A stretch of 56,856 bases of DNA. It comes from a bacterium (lineage in GTDB: Bacteria > Babelota > Babeliae > Babelales > Vermiphilaceae). The notes under the pieces are model-generated. The model was not told the DNA's origin. It saw only the letters and a program-made list of their open reading frames with translations, and searched no databases. Of the stretch, positions 30,032 through 38,366 are shown piece by piece (the stretch's first letter is position 1; each line of letters opens with the position of its first letter). The stretch is taken from positions 1 through 56,856 of the forward strand of contig JAUUXD010000001.1 in NCBI GenBank assembly GCA_030588705.1, in the 5' to 3' direction. The position numbers were made by a program, and so were the translations under genes.

Positions 30032-33000
30032 CGACGTTCTCCTTCCCCACTTTCATGAGATCAACTTGTAGCCCTAAACTTTGCAACTCTTTTATGAGCA
30101 CATTGAAGGATTCTGGAACCCCTGGTTCAGGTATCTCTTCACCACGGATAATAGCCCCATATGCACGGTGCCTACCACTGACATCATCAGATTTATACGT
30201 CAACATTTCTTGCAAGGTATAGGCAGCACCATACGCTTCAAGTGCCCACACTTCCATCTCACCAAGACGTTGCCCTCCTTGCTGCGCCTTACCACCAAGA
30301 GGCTGCTGCGTAACCAACGAATATGGTCCCACAGAACGAGCATGCAATTTATTGTCAACCAGATGATTCAGTTTCATCATATAAATGGTACCAACCGTCA
30401 CTGGCTGATCAAACGCATCACCGGTGCGGCCATCACGTACAGTAAAAGCACCCGTTTCTGGCAAATCCAATTTTTTCATCAACGGTTTAATATCTGCATC
30501 AAGTTGCGCACCATCAAACACCGGTGTTTTAAAAAGCACCCCTTGTTTTGCACATCGTTTTGCAAGTTCCATAACCGCATCTTTACCATAATCAGTTTCA
30601 TACTGCTTGATCATTGCCGAGCCATAACATTCTTCCAGATATTTTTTCAACTCAGCATACCCTTTGGTTTCAAGCAACGTTTTGAACTGCTCACCCATTT
30701 TGGTACCTACCAGGCCAAGCGCTGTTTCTAAAATCTGCCCCACGTTCATACGAGAAGGCACACCCAACGGATTAAGCACAATATCGATAGGAACACCATC
30801 ATCTAAGTATGGCATATCTTCTCGTGGCACAATCGTAGAAACCACACCCTTATTACCATGACGCCCTGCAATCTTATCACCCACTGATATTGCACGTTTC
30901 ATGGCAATATACACCTTTACCACCTTGATCACCCCTGATGGTAATGGATCACCTTTCTTCAATTTGTTGATTCGTTCTTCTTTCAATCCTTCCAGAATAC
31001 GCAACTGGTTTTCGTAGGAATCCTTAAGGTGCCTAATCACCTCCATTGCTCCTTTTTCTTTTGCTTTTAATGCAAAAAGGTCTTGGATCGAACGCCCCTT
31101 CAAATCAGACTTTTTAAACGTACTCCCTTGGAATAACCGTTTTGCCAAACCAACGGCCGCTTTCTTGCCATGAAGCTCCTGCGCAATTTTTTCAGCAATC
31201 ATTTTTTCGAGCAACTCAAGATAATGAACATGATTCCGCTCCAACTTTCCAATCTCTCTCGTTACTTCTTCTTTGTAACGCTTATCTTTTCGCACACCAC
31301 TTCGTGAAAAGATCTTAACATCCACCACCGTTCCCTCAATACCAGGAGAAACACGCAGTGACGTATCACGAACTTCTCGAGATTTTTCACCGAAAATAGC
31401 TCGTAACAGTTTTTCTTCAGGAGAGTATTGGATATCACCTTTCAGGGTTACCTTACCAACTAAGATATCACCAGCCTTAACACGCGTTCCGATGCGAACA
31501 ATACCATCATCATCCAAGCTTTCAAGAGCTGCCTCACTCACATTGGCTAGATCACGCGAAATCTCTTCCGGTCCCAATTTCGTATCACGCGCCTCAACAT
31601 CGTACTCTTCAATATGTACTGAGGTTAAAAGATCATCAGATACCAATCGCTTACTCAACACAATCGCATCTTCAAAGTTGTATCCAAGCCATGGCATAAA
31701 CGCCACCAATAGGTTTGAACCTAACGCAAGTTCACCATGTTCAATTGCTTGACCATTGGTTAGAATATCGCCCTTCTTGACCACATCACCAGGACGCACA
31801 ATCGGTGAGTGATGCATCCAGGTACTGTAGCTTGAACGAACAAACTTTTTCAGCGTATAGGTATCAATACCTTGCGCTATCCATTCCTCTTCATCCGCGA
31901 ATAAATTCTGATCACCCTGCACAATAATTTTTTCTGATGATACATAGTTCACCACTCCGGCACGACGAGCGGAAAGAACAGCACCAGAGCCTTTTACAAT
32001 CTCTTTCTCCATTCCCGTACCCACAATAGGCACCTCTGTTTTGATAAGAGGAACCGCTTGGCGTTGCATGTTGGAACCCATCAACGCACGCACCGCGTCA
32101 TCATGCTCAAGAAATGGAATTAACGCAGCAGATACCGAAACAAGTTGTTTTGGCGAAAGATCAATATAGTTCACCCGATTAGCATCAACAAATAGCACAT
32201 TTCCTTCATGCCGAGCCGTTACCATATCGCTTTCTAATTCATTGGATCCAGGTTTCACTGCATCAGCTTGTGCAATATAATTTTCACCCTCTTGAAATGC
32301 ATCAAGAAACACCACCGCATCCTCAATTTTCCCCTTGGTCACCGGACGGTAAGCGGTTTCAATAAACCCAAGGTCGTTCACCATTGCATAGGTAGCCAAT
32401 GAGGAAATCAAGCCAACGGTCTGCCCTTCAGGAGTTTCAATGGGACAGATTCTACCATAGTGAGATGTATGCACATCACGAATCTCAAATGTTGCGCGAT
32501 CTTTAAGCACACCACCGGGGCCCAGCGCAGATAGTCGACGCTTATGAGCAAGCTCAGCAAGTGGATTGGTTTGATCCATAAACTGAGATAACTGCCCAAG
32601 ACCAAAGAATTCACGCAATACCGCACTCAACGGTTTTACGTTCAGAAAATCTTGCGGCATCAAACCACTATGTGCTTCCTGCATGCGAAATCGCTCACGT
32701 ACAATACGTTCAATACGCATAAAGCCAACATACATCTGATTGTTGAGCAACTCACCCACCAAGCGAACCCTACGGTTCCCCAAATGATCTATATCATCCA
32801 ATTCCCCTTCACCGCGTTCACGGAGGTTTACCAGATAACGAATCGTTGCAACAATATCTTCTTTTGTTAATGCAAGCTTATCTTGGGGAATATTCAATCC
32901 CAACTTACGATTAATACGAATACGACCAACACGAGTTAAATCATAAAAGCGACCATTAAAGAGCAGGTTGTTCAAGCGCTCTTTGATTTCCTTCAATGAA

Positions 33001-34349
33001 GCACTGTCTCCTGGCCATACTTTTATATGCAACTCTTTCAACGCTTCTTCCTCAGAATCACATTTACTCTGAGCAAGCGTAAGGCCGATTGTTGGTTGGA
33101 ACACATAGCCCGATGATTGAATCAACTTAACTGATAGTTTTTTAAAGAGGTGCAATTTTTCAAGAAGTGCCGGCGTAATTGTTTCACCCTGTTCCACCAC
33201 AATCTCACCCGTATCGGGATCAATAATATCCTGAGCGGCCACACGGTTCAATAATGCATTTCTTTTGAGCAAAAGCTTTTTGATGCCCAACTTTTGTAAC
33301 TTCTTAAGCATATCCTTAGTAACACGACGCCCTACAAATTCTTTCTCGTGCTTTTCAGGAATCATACCCTTTTCAATACGTACACCCACAATTTTATCAT
33401 TGACCGTACGGGAGAATTTTCCCCTTTCACCGGAGATCTCATCAAAGGAATAGAAGAGAGAAAGAATTTCATCTCGAGAATATCCCAATGCTTGCAAGAA
33501 AGTGGTCACCAAAAATTTCTTTTTCTTATCGATCCTAACATACAGAATATCGTTGCTATCAAACTCAAAATCGATCCACGAACCCCGCATAGGAATAATA
33601 CGGGCTAAGTAATAAGGGCGATCTCGATAATCTTTTACCTTCTTACTTTGCAAAAATACTACACCGGGAGAACGATGGAGCTGGCTTACAATCACCCGAT
33701 CAACTCCGTTGATAAGAAATGTCCCTAAATTACCAACTTTAAAACGTCCACCCTCTTCATAGACATCTGCCATAATCGGAAGGTCGGCAAAGAAGATGTT
33801 TTGCTCTTTAATGTCACGAACAACTTTCGTACCAGCTTGATCCGTATCCCAGCCAACAAGCTGAATCTTCACCTTAAACGGTAATGCGAAGGTTTGGCCT
33901 CGTGAACGGCACTCATCAACCGTCCTATCTAAACGAAGCCCCACACGAGACAAACAGTTCGTGCAGGTAATATATTTTGCCGCTTTCTTTTTACAAGAAA
34001 GACAAATATTTCCGCCCTCAAGCCGTGAGCATCCAGTTTTTGAACATCCCGAACAAGCCCACTTATACCTACTCTCAATGCCAGTGATTTTTCCGCACGT
34101 GCATGCCCAATTCCCTATCTCATAGCCCACATATTCCAATGAAAGATCGGAATCATGTTCCACCGGAAACACGTCTTGCAATACCTTCTCAAGGCCTGTA
34201 TTCTCTCGCTCTTCCGGCAAATAATCCAGCTGAACAAAATCATTAAACGACGCTGATTGAATCTCAATCAGATTAGGGACAGGAACAACGCCCTTGATTT
34301 TACTAAACGACTTACGAATAGTATTTTTAACCGTACGGAAGTATGACAT
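30024..34349 (-). CDS. rpoB: DNA-directed RNA polymerase subunit beta (with Cys-rich N-terminal insertion)
   Basis: 1441 aa with GNRRVRLVGELL, HYGRICPIETPEG and AGRHGNKGVVS. It overlaps the rpoC start by 8 nt. A 10-Cys insertion lies at aa ~81-140 (see findings). Confidence 0.97.
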   Translation of the reverse strand: MSYFRTVKNTIRKSFSKIKGVVPVPNLIEIQSASFNDFVQLDYLPEERENTGLEKVLQDVFPVEHDSDLSLEYVGYEIGNWACTCGKITGIESRYKWACSGCSKTGCSRLEGGNICLSCKKKAAKYITCTNCLSRVGLRLDRTVDECRSRGQTFALPFKVKIQLVGWDTDQAGTKVVRDIKEQNIFFADLPIMADVYEEGGRFKVGNLGTFLINGVDRVIVSQLHRSPGVVFLQSKKVKDYRDRPYYLARIIPMRGSWIDFEFDSNDILYVRIDKKKKFLVTTFLQALGYSRDEILSLFYSFDEISGERGKFSRTVNDKIVGVRIEKGMIPEKHEKEFVGRRVTKDMLKKLQKLGIKKLLLKRNALLNRVAAQDIIDPDTGEIVVEQGETITPALLEKLHLFKKLSVKLIQSSGYVFQPTIGLTLAQSKCDSEEEALKELHIKVWPGDSASLKEIKERLNNLLFNGRFYDLTRVGRIRINRKLGLNIPQDKLALTKEDIVATIRYLVNLRERGEGELDDIDHLGNRRVRLVGELLNNQMYVGFMRIERIVRERFRMQEAHSGLMPQDFLNVKPLSAVLREFFGLGQLSQFMDQTNPLAELAHKRRLSALGPGGVLKDRATFEIRDVHTSHYGRICPIETPEGQTVGLISSLATYAMVNDLGFIETAYRPVTKGKIEDAVVFLDAFQEGENYIAQADAVKPGSNELESDMVTARHEGNVLFVDANRVNYIDLSPKQLVSVSAALIPFLEHDDAVRALMGSNMQRQAVPLIKTEVPIVGTGMEKEIVKGSGAVLSARRAGVVNYVSSEKIIVQGDQNLFADEEEWIAQGIDTYTLKKFVRSSYSTWMHHSPIVRPGDVVKKGDILTNGQAIEHGELALGSNLLVAFMPWLGYNFEDAIVLSKRLVSDDLLTSVHIEEYDVEARDTKLGPEEISRDLANVSEAALESLDDDGIVRIGTRVKAGDILVGKVTLKGDIQYSPEEKLLRAIFGEKSREVRDTSLRVSPGIEGTVVDVKIFSRSGVRKDKRYKEEVTREIGKLERNHVHYLELLEKMIAEKIAQELHGKKAAVGLAKRLFQGSTFKKSDLKGRSIQDLFALKAKEKGAMEVIRHLKDSYENQLRILEGLKEERINKLKKGDPLPSGVIKVVKVYIAMKRAISVGDKIAGRHGNKGVVSTIVPREDMPYLDDGVPIDIVLNPLGVPSRMNVGQILETALGLVGTKMGEQFKTLLETKGYAELKKYLEECYGSAMIKQYETDYGKDAVMELAKRCAKQGVLFKTPVFDGAQLDADIKPLMKKLDLPETGAFTVRDGRTGDAFDQPVTVGTIYMMKLNHLVDNKLHARSVGPYSLVTQQPLGGKAQQGGQRLGEMEVWALEAYGAAYTLQEMLTYKSDDVSGRHRAYGAIIRGEEIPEPGVPESFNVLIKELQSLGLQVDLMKVGKENVDE

Positions 34350-34376
34350 TAAGTCGCTCCTCGTTATGACATAAAC

Positions 34377-34403
34377 GCATAACCGACCACAAGCCGGTTA
34401 CGC
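34377..34403 (-). terminator. Hairpin in the rplL-rpoB spacer (candidate attenuator or partial terminator)
   Basis: On the minus strand, gcgtaaccgg-cttgtgg-tcggttatgc forms a 10-bp stem including two G.U pairs, followed by gtttatgtc. The position matches the known rplL-rpoB attenuator of other bacteria. Confidence 0.45.
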
Positions 34404-34440
34404 CATCCTCCAACTATAATAAAGGTACTCACTCGCTCTT

Positions 34441-34827
34441 TTAGGCAAGCTCCACCTTTGCTCCCACCGCCTCAAGGGCTTTCTTGATTTTATCAGCGTC
34501 TTCTTTGGGTGCTGATTCAACAAGAACGGATGGGACTTCTTCAACAGCTTTTTTCGCATCAGACAAGCTCAACCCTTGTACTACCTGACGCAATGCTTTG
34601 ATAGTTTTGATCTTTTCAGCACCACCCTCTTTCAAGGTAACCTTGTATGCTGATTTTTCTTCCGCTGCTGGCGCTGCTTCTGCTGCAGTTGCACCACCTG
34701 CTGCGGCAACAGGCATTGCTGCCGTCACACCGAATTTGTCTTCTAATGCTTTCACAAAATCAGCCAATTCAATCACTGACATATTGCCAATTTCATCAAG
34801 CACTTTATCATATGACTTTGTAGTCAT
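34441..34827 (-). CDS. rplL: 50S ribosomal protein L7/L12
   Basis: The ATG at 34827 follows a GGAG SD (the track start at 34839 is TTG). An Ala-rich hinge and the C-terminal domain KIKTIKALRQVVQGLSLSDAKKAVE are present. Confidence 0.9.
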   Translation of the reverse strand: MTTKSYDKVLDEIGNMSVIELADFVKALEDKFGVTAAMPVAAAGGATAAEAAPAAEEKSAYKVTLKEGGAEKIKTIKALRQVVQGLSLSDAKKAVEEVPSVLVESAPKEDADKIKKALEAVGAKVELA

Positions 34828-34871
34828 AGCTTTCTCCAAAATAGTAAACGTTATTGTATACCTAACACCAA

Positions 34872-35390
34872 TTACTTCTTCTTCTCTGCTATCTTCTTCA
34901 ACACTACAAGGAGCTGCACAATTTGCATGTTTAGTACAAAAACTAAACGAGTCATCGGCGCCTTCAACGTACCACTCAATATAGCCAACAATTGAGGTTT
35001 TGAAGGAAGTGATGCAATGCGAACAATTCCCTGACTATCAAGAACATCTCCATCAAGTTTACCCACCACAAGCGTTAACGCATCATGTTTTTTGGCAAAC
35101 TCACTCAGTACTTTCGCTACTGCGGGCGGTTCTTCTGACACAAAAACAAAGCCTATCTGATCATGCAAATAGGGCAGTAATGCTTCTGCATTTTCTTGAC
35201 CCTCTAATGCCAATTTCATAAGGCGGGCTTTTGTGACCTTTAACGATCCTCCCTGCTCACGCAACTTAGAGCGCAGATCTTGCATCTGACTAACGTTCAA
35301 CCCTCTATACCCCACAATAAATGATGCCGGGCTTTGCGCGAAATTTTCGCGAAATAACTGTACAACTAATTCTTTTTGTTGCCGATTCAT
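34872..35390 (-). CDS. rplJ: 50S ribosomal protein L10
   Basis: 172 aa. The assignment rests on its position between rplA and rplL and an L10-like sequence. Confidence 0.9.
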   Translation of the reverse strand: MNRQQKELVVQLFRENFAQSPASFIVGYRGLNVSQMQDLRSKLREQGGSLKVTKARLMKLALEGQENAEALLPYLHDQIGFVFVSEEPPAVAKVLSEFAKKHDALTLVVGKLDGDVLDSQGIVRIASLPSKPQLLAILSGTLKAPMTRLVFVLNMQIVQLLVVLKKIAEKKK

Positions 35391-35403
35391 TTGCTTCCTT
35401 AAC

Positions 35404-36102
35404 CTAGGCTCGTAAAAACTCTTCAGAGTTTACCGGAATGCCAACTCCCATACTGGATGAAAGAGACATTTTCTTAATATATTTACCTTTTGCTGTTGGA
35501 GGCTTTACTGATTGAAGCGCTCTGACAAAAGCAAGGAGATTATCCTTCAACTTATCTGCATCAAATGACGCTTTACCAATAGAGAAATGCACAATACCTG
35601 CTTTGTCATTTCTGAAAAACGCTTGGCCCTTTTTCAAGTTGCCAACCACTTTAGCAACCTCTGTAGTTACGGTGCCAAGCTTCTTGTTGGGAAGCAAACC
35701 ACGCGGCCCTAAAATTTTTGCCACCTTACCAACAAGCCCCATCATATCCGGTGTTGCCACTGCATAATTGAAATCCATCCAACCACCAGTAATTTTCTCC
35801 AACAAATCCTCAGCTCCAACATAATCAGCACCTGCATTACGTGCTTGATCAGCATAATCACCTTTTGCAAACACCAATACTTTTACCGTCTTCCCTCTAC
35901 CATGAGGCAACACCACTGAGCCACGAACCACTTGTTCCCCCTTGGAAGGATCAATCCCCAAATTGACGTCAACATCAACAGATTCATCGAATTTGACGAA
36001 TGCTAGCTCTTTAATCTTTGCGAGTGCCTCGCCAACGGGAAGCCGCTCCCCTCTTGCAATCTGCTCTCGCACGTTATTATATTTTTTTCCATGTTTGGCC
36101 AT
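35404..36102 (-). CDS. rplA: 50S ribosomal protein L1
   Basis: 232 aa with KFDESVDVDVNLGIDP and VLPHGRGK. Confidence 0.95.
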   Translation of the reverse strand: MAKHGKKYNNVREQIARGERLPVGEALAKIKELAFVKFDESVDVDVNLGIDPSKGEQVVRGSVVLPHGRGKTVKVLVFAKGDYADQARNAGADYVGAEDLLEKITGGWMDFNYAVATPDMMGLVGKVAKILGPRGLLPNKKLGTVTTEVAKVVGNLKKGQAFFRNDKAGIVHFSIGKASFDADKLKDNLLAFVRALQSVKPPTAKGKYIKKMSLSSSMGVGIPVNSEEFLRA

Positions 36103-36118
36103 CTATATTACCCCGCTA

Positions 36119-36550
36119 TCAATCGACAACATCAATTCCCATACTGCGCGCACTACCAGCAACAATTTTCATCGCTTGCTCAATAGTAAATGCGTTTAGA
36201 TCAGGAAACTTAATCTTTGCAATTTCTTCAACATCCTTCCACGTGAGCTTTCCTACTTTCAGCTCATTAGGACGAGGAGAACCTTTCGATACATTTGCTT
36301 TTTTACGAATTAACTCTGAAACCGGCGGTGTTTTCACCACAAAATCAAAACTGCGATCCGTATAGATCGTAATTTCAACCGGGACAGTCTGCCCTTTTTT
36401 GTCAGCAGTTTTTGCATTAAACTGTTTGCAAAATTCCATGATATTGGCACCATGCTGCCCCAGAGACGAACCTACTGGAGGAGCTGGCGTTGCGCCGCCA
36501 CCGGGAATTTGAAGCTTGATTTTTGCTTTAACTTCTTTAGCCATGGCCAT
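36119..36550 (-). CDS. rplK: 50S ribosomal protein L11
   Basis: 143 aa with [35 protein letters not shown]. The start may instead be the second Met at 36544. Confidence 0.95.
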   Translation of the reverse strand: MAMAKEVKAKIKLQIPGGGATPAPPVGSSLGQHGANIMEFCKQFNAKTADKKGQTVPVEITIYTDRSFDFVVKTPPVSELIRKKANVSKGSPRPNELKVGKLTWKDVEEIAKIKFPDLNAFTIEQAMKIVAGSARSMGIDVVD

Positions 36551-36566
36551 CCATCCGTTTGGTATC

Positions 36567-37088
36567 CTATTGCTTTATTTGATGAAATCCCAACTCAACC
36601 GGCGTCATACGCCCAAAAATACTCACCATCACGGTAAGCTTCTCATTTTCACTATCGACTTTTTCAACTACCCCCACAAAACCGGCAAATGGCCCGTCTT
36701 GTATGTCAACTTCACTACCAAGAGCAACGATGTCTTCTCGTTTTTTCTTAACTTCAACTTCGCCCCTTATCTGGGACAAAATACGTTCGATTTCTCGTTT
36801 GGCAAGCGGCGCTGGTTCCATGCCTCCCAAGAAACGTAAAACGCGCGGACTTTTACTTACCGCACGTATCGTTTCAGGAGTCATATCCATCTCAATAATA
36901 AGATAACCAGGAAACAGCTGCTGATCCTTTGAATCAGCCTCCTCAAAAAACTGCCGCACTTTTGCTGCCGGAATTAATATATCACCAAAAAGTTCTTGCA
37001 AGCTGCGTTCTTCGATCCTTTTGAGCACATCTGCTCGTACCGCATCCTCATAACCAGCATATACTTGAACAACGTACCATTGTTTCAT
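36567..37088 (-). CDS. nusG: Transcription termination/antitermination factor NusG
   Basis: 173 aa with an NGN start ([11 protein letters not shown]) and a KOW motif ([14 protein letters not shown]). Confidence 0.9.
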   Translation of the reverse strand: MKQWYVVQVYAGYEDAVRADVLKRIEERSLQELFGDILIPAAKVRQFFEEADSKDQQLFPGYLIIEMDMTPETIRAVSKSPRVLRFLGGMEPAPLAKREIERILSQIRGEVEVKKKREDIVALGSEVDIQDGPFAGFVGVVEKVDSENEKLTVMVSIFGRMTPVELGFHQIKQ

Positions 37089-37107
37089 GTAAGCGCGTCC
37101 TATCAGC

Positions 37108-37311
37108 CTAATATCCGCCGTATACGGTGAATATGTATGTTGCTAATTTTGAAAGTCCCAAATCTATAATTCCCAAGTACACCGCAAAAAAACAGACCAA
37201 CACGAGCACTACTAGCGTAGAGCCAACAAACTCCTGAAAACTTGGCCAATCTACTTTTGAAAGTTCAAGCCGAACTTCCTGAAAAAATTGCAGTACATTT
37301 TTTAGTGTCAT
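37108..37311 (-). CDS. secE: Preprotein translocase subunit SecE
   Basis: 67 aa with a single C-terminal TM segment. It occupies the canonical slot between tRNA-Trp and nusG. Confidence 0.7.
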   Translation of the reverse strand: MTLKNVLQFFQEVRLELSKVDWPSFQEFVGSTLVVLVLVCFFAVYLGIIDLGLSKLATYIFTVYGGY

Positions 37312-37408
37312 AATCCGTACAACCTTTATTATCTAATATAAGCTTTTCACCTATCTTATCAACACGCCTCCGCGCAGCAAAAAGCGAAGCGGAAAGTGTT
37401 ATAAAGTA

Positions 37409-37484
37409 TGGCAGGCCAGGAGGGATTCGCACCCCCCCCCCGCAGATTTGGAGTCTGCCGCTCTACCATTCGAGCTACTGGCCT
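37409..37484 (-). tRNA. tRNA-Trp (anticodon CCA), with a G10 run and atypical T-loop
   Basis: Hand-folded 76-nt cloverleaf: AGGCCAG-TA-GCTC-GAATGGTA-GAGC-G-GCAGA-CTCCAAA-TCTGC-GGGGG-GGGGG-TGCGAAT-CCCTC-CTGGCCT-G-CCA. Confidence 0.8.
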
Positions 37485-37491
37485 CCAACCG

Positions 37492-37650
37492 CTACTTAGT
37501 CTCTTTATGCAGGTGATGCTTTCTGCATTTCGCACAAAACTTCTTTATATTCAATGAACCGATAGTTCTCGTCTTGGTAAGCCTTTGCGTGTAATTCCGC
37601 ATTTTGCATTCAGTGCATACCAACTGTGTAATTACTTTATTTTTTGCCAT
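37492..37650 (-). CDS. rpmG: 50S ribosomal protein L33
   Basis: Own translation gives 52 aa, below the track cutoff: MAKNKVITQLVCTECKMRNYTQRLTKTRTIGSLNIKKFCAKCRKHHLHKETK. It has the CxxC...CxxC Zn-ribbon type L33 pattern. Confidence 0.85.
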   Translation of the reverse strand: MAKNKVITQLVCTECKMRNYTQRLTKTRTIGSLNIKKFCAKCRKHHLHKETK

Positions 37651-37712
37651 AAGATTTTCGCTTAAAAAACTATCTTAAATTTTCTCTCTATTATCTCATC
37701 CGAACCAACTTC

Positions 37713-37788
37713 TGGAGCCCGCGACCGGGATTGAACCGGTGACCTCTCCCTTACCAAGGAAGTGCTCTACCAACTGAGCTACGTGGGC
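37713..37788 (-). tRNA. tRNA-Thr (anticodon GGT)
   Basis: Hand-folded 76-nt cloverleaf: GCCCACG-TA-GCTC-AGTTGGTA-GAGC-A-CTTCC-TTGGTAA-GGGAG-AGGTC-ACCGG-TTCAATC-CCGGT-CGCGGGC-T-CCA. The acceptor stem has one A.C mismatch. Confidence 0.9.
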
Positions 37789-37890
37789 ATCGCTACACTT
37801 TACTGACCTTGAATACTTACTAGAGTAATTAAAAAAAGAATAAAAAACAAATTTTTTAATCACTCTTTCCCTGAATCCATAAGAGGAATC

Positions 37891-37966
37891 TGGAGCTGGC
37901 GACAGGATTTGAACCCGTGACCTGCTGATTACAAATCAGCTGCTCTACCAACTGAGCTACGCCAGC
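37891..37966 (-). tRNA. tRNA-Thr (anticodon TGT)
   Basis: Hand-folded 76-nt cloverleaf: GCTGGCG-TA-GCTC-AGTTGGTA-GAGC-A-GCTGA-TTTGTAA-TCAGC-AGGTC-ACGGG-TTCAAAT-CCTGT-CGCCAGC-T-CCA. Confidence 0.9.
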
Positions 37967-38030
37967 ACCTATTTTTTATCCTAAAAACACTGCTTTTTAC
38001 CCCTGCTACACATGTTTCGCTGGGGGCCCC

Positions 38031-38120
38031 TACTTCGCATCGGCCATTCGACCGCTGCTACGAAGGGCAGGCCGTGCCATACGAAGCCTGCCGAGTCGGT
38101 AGACCCGGATAGGCGAAGTA
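38031..38120 (-). repeat. tRNA-linked GC-rich palindromic element A (tRNA-sized, abuts the CCA of tRNA-Gly)
   Basis: The 8-nt terminal inverted repeats are tacttcgc and gcgaagta. Internal hairpins lie at 38093-38106 and at 38066-38072 paired with 38086-38092. Positions 38078-38120 match 38324-38366 at 34 of 43 ungapped positions. Confidence 0.7.
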
Positions 38121-38196
38121 TGGAGCGGGAAACGGGTCTCGAACCCGCAACCTACAGCTTGGAAGGCTGTCGCTCTACCAATTGAGCTATTCCCGC
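38121..38196 (-). tRNA. tRNA-Gly (anticodon TCC)
   Basis: Hand-folded 76-nt cloverleaf: GCGGGAA-TA-GCTC-AATTGGTA-GAGC-G-ACAGC-CTTCCAA-GCTGT-AGGTT-GCGGG-TTCGAGA-CCCGT-TTCCCGC-T-CCA. Confidence 0.9.
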
Positions 38197-38230
38197 ATTC
38201 ATCGTAATTTTCAAATTGACTACCTTTAGC

Positions 38231-38366
38231 GGCGCAGCCAGACAAAGCTTGCTGATCCTACTTCGCATAAAGCTTCGTAGAACATACTTCTCCTTAATTT
38301 GCTATCAAAGTAAAGGCGACAGCCAGACGAAGCTTGCCGAGCCTGAAGGCCCGGATAAGCGAAGAC
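38231..38366 (-). repeat. tRNA-linked GC-rich palindromic element B (38259-38366, abuts the CCA of tRNA-Tyr) plus a 28-nt partial duplicate (38231-38258)
   Basis: The left 12-mer cctacttcgcat is identical to that of element A, and the right arm is 79 percent identical to A. The inverted repeats are aagcttcgt (38270-38278) and acgaagctt (38327-38335). The direct repeat 38231-38258 matches 38315-38343 at 25 of 28 positions. Confidence 0.7.
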
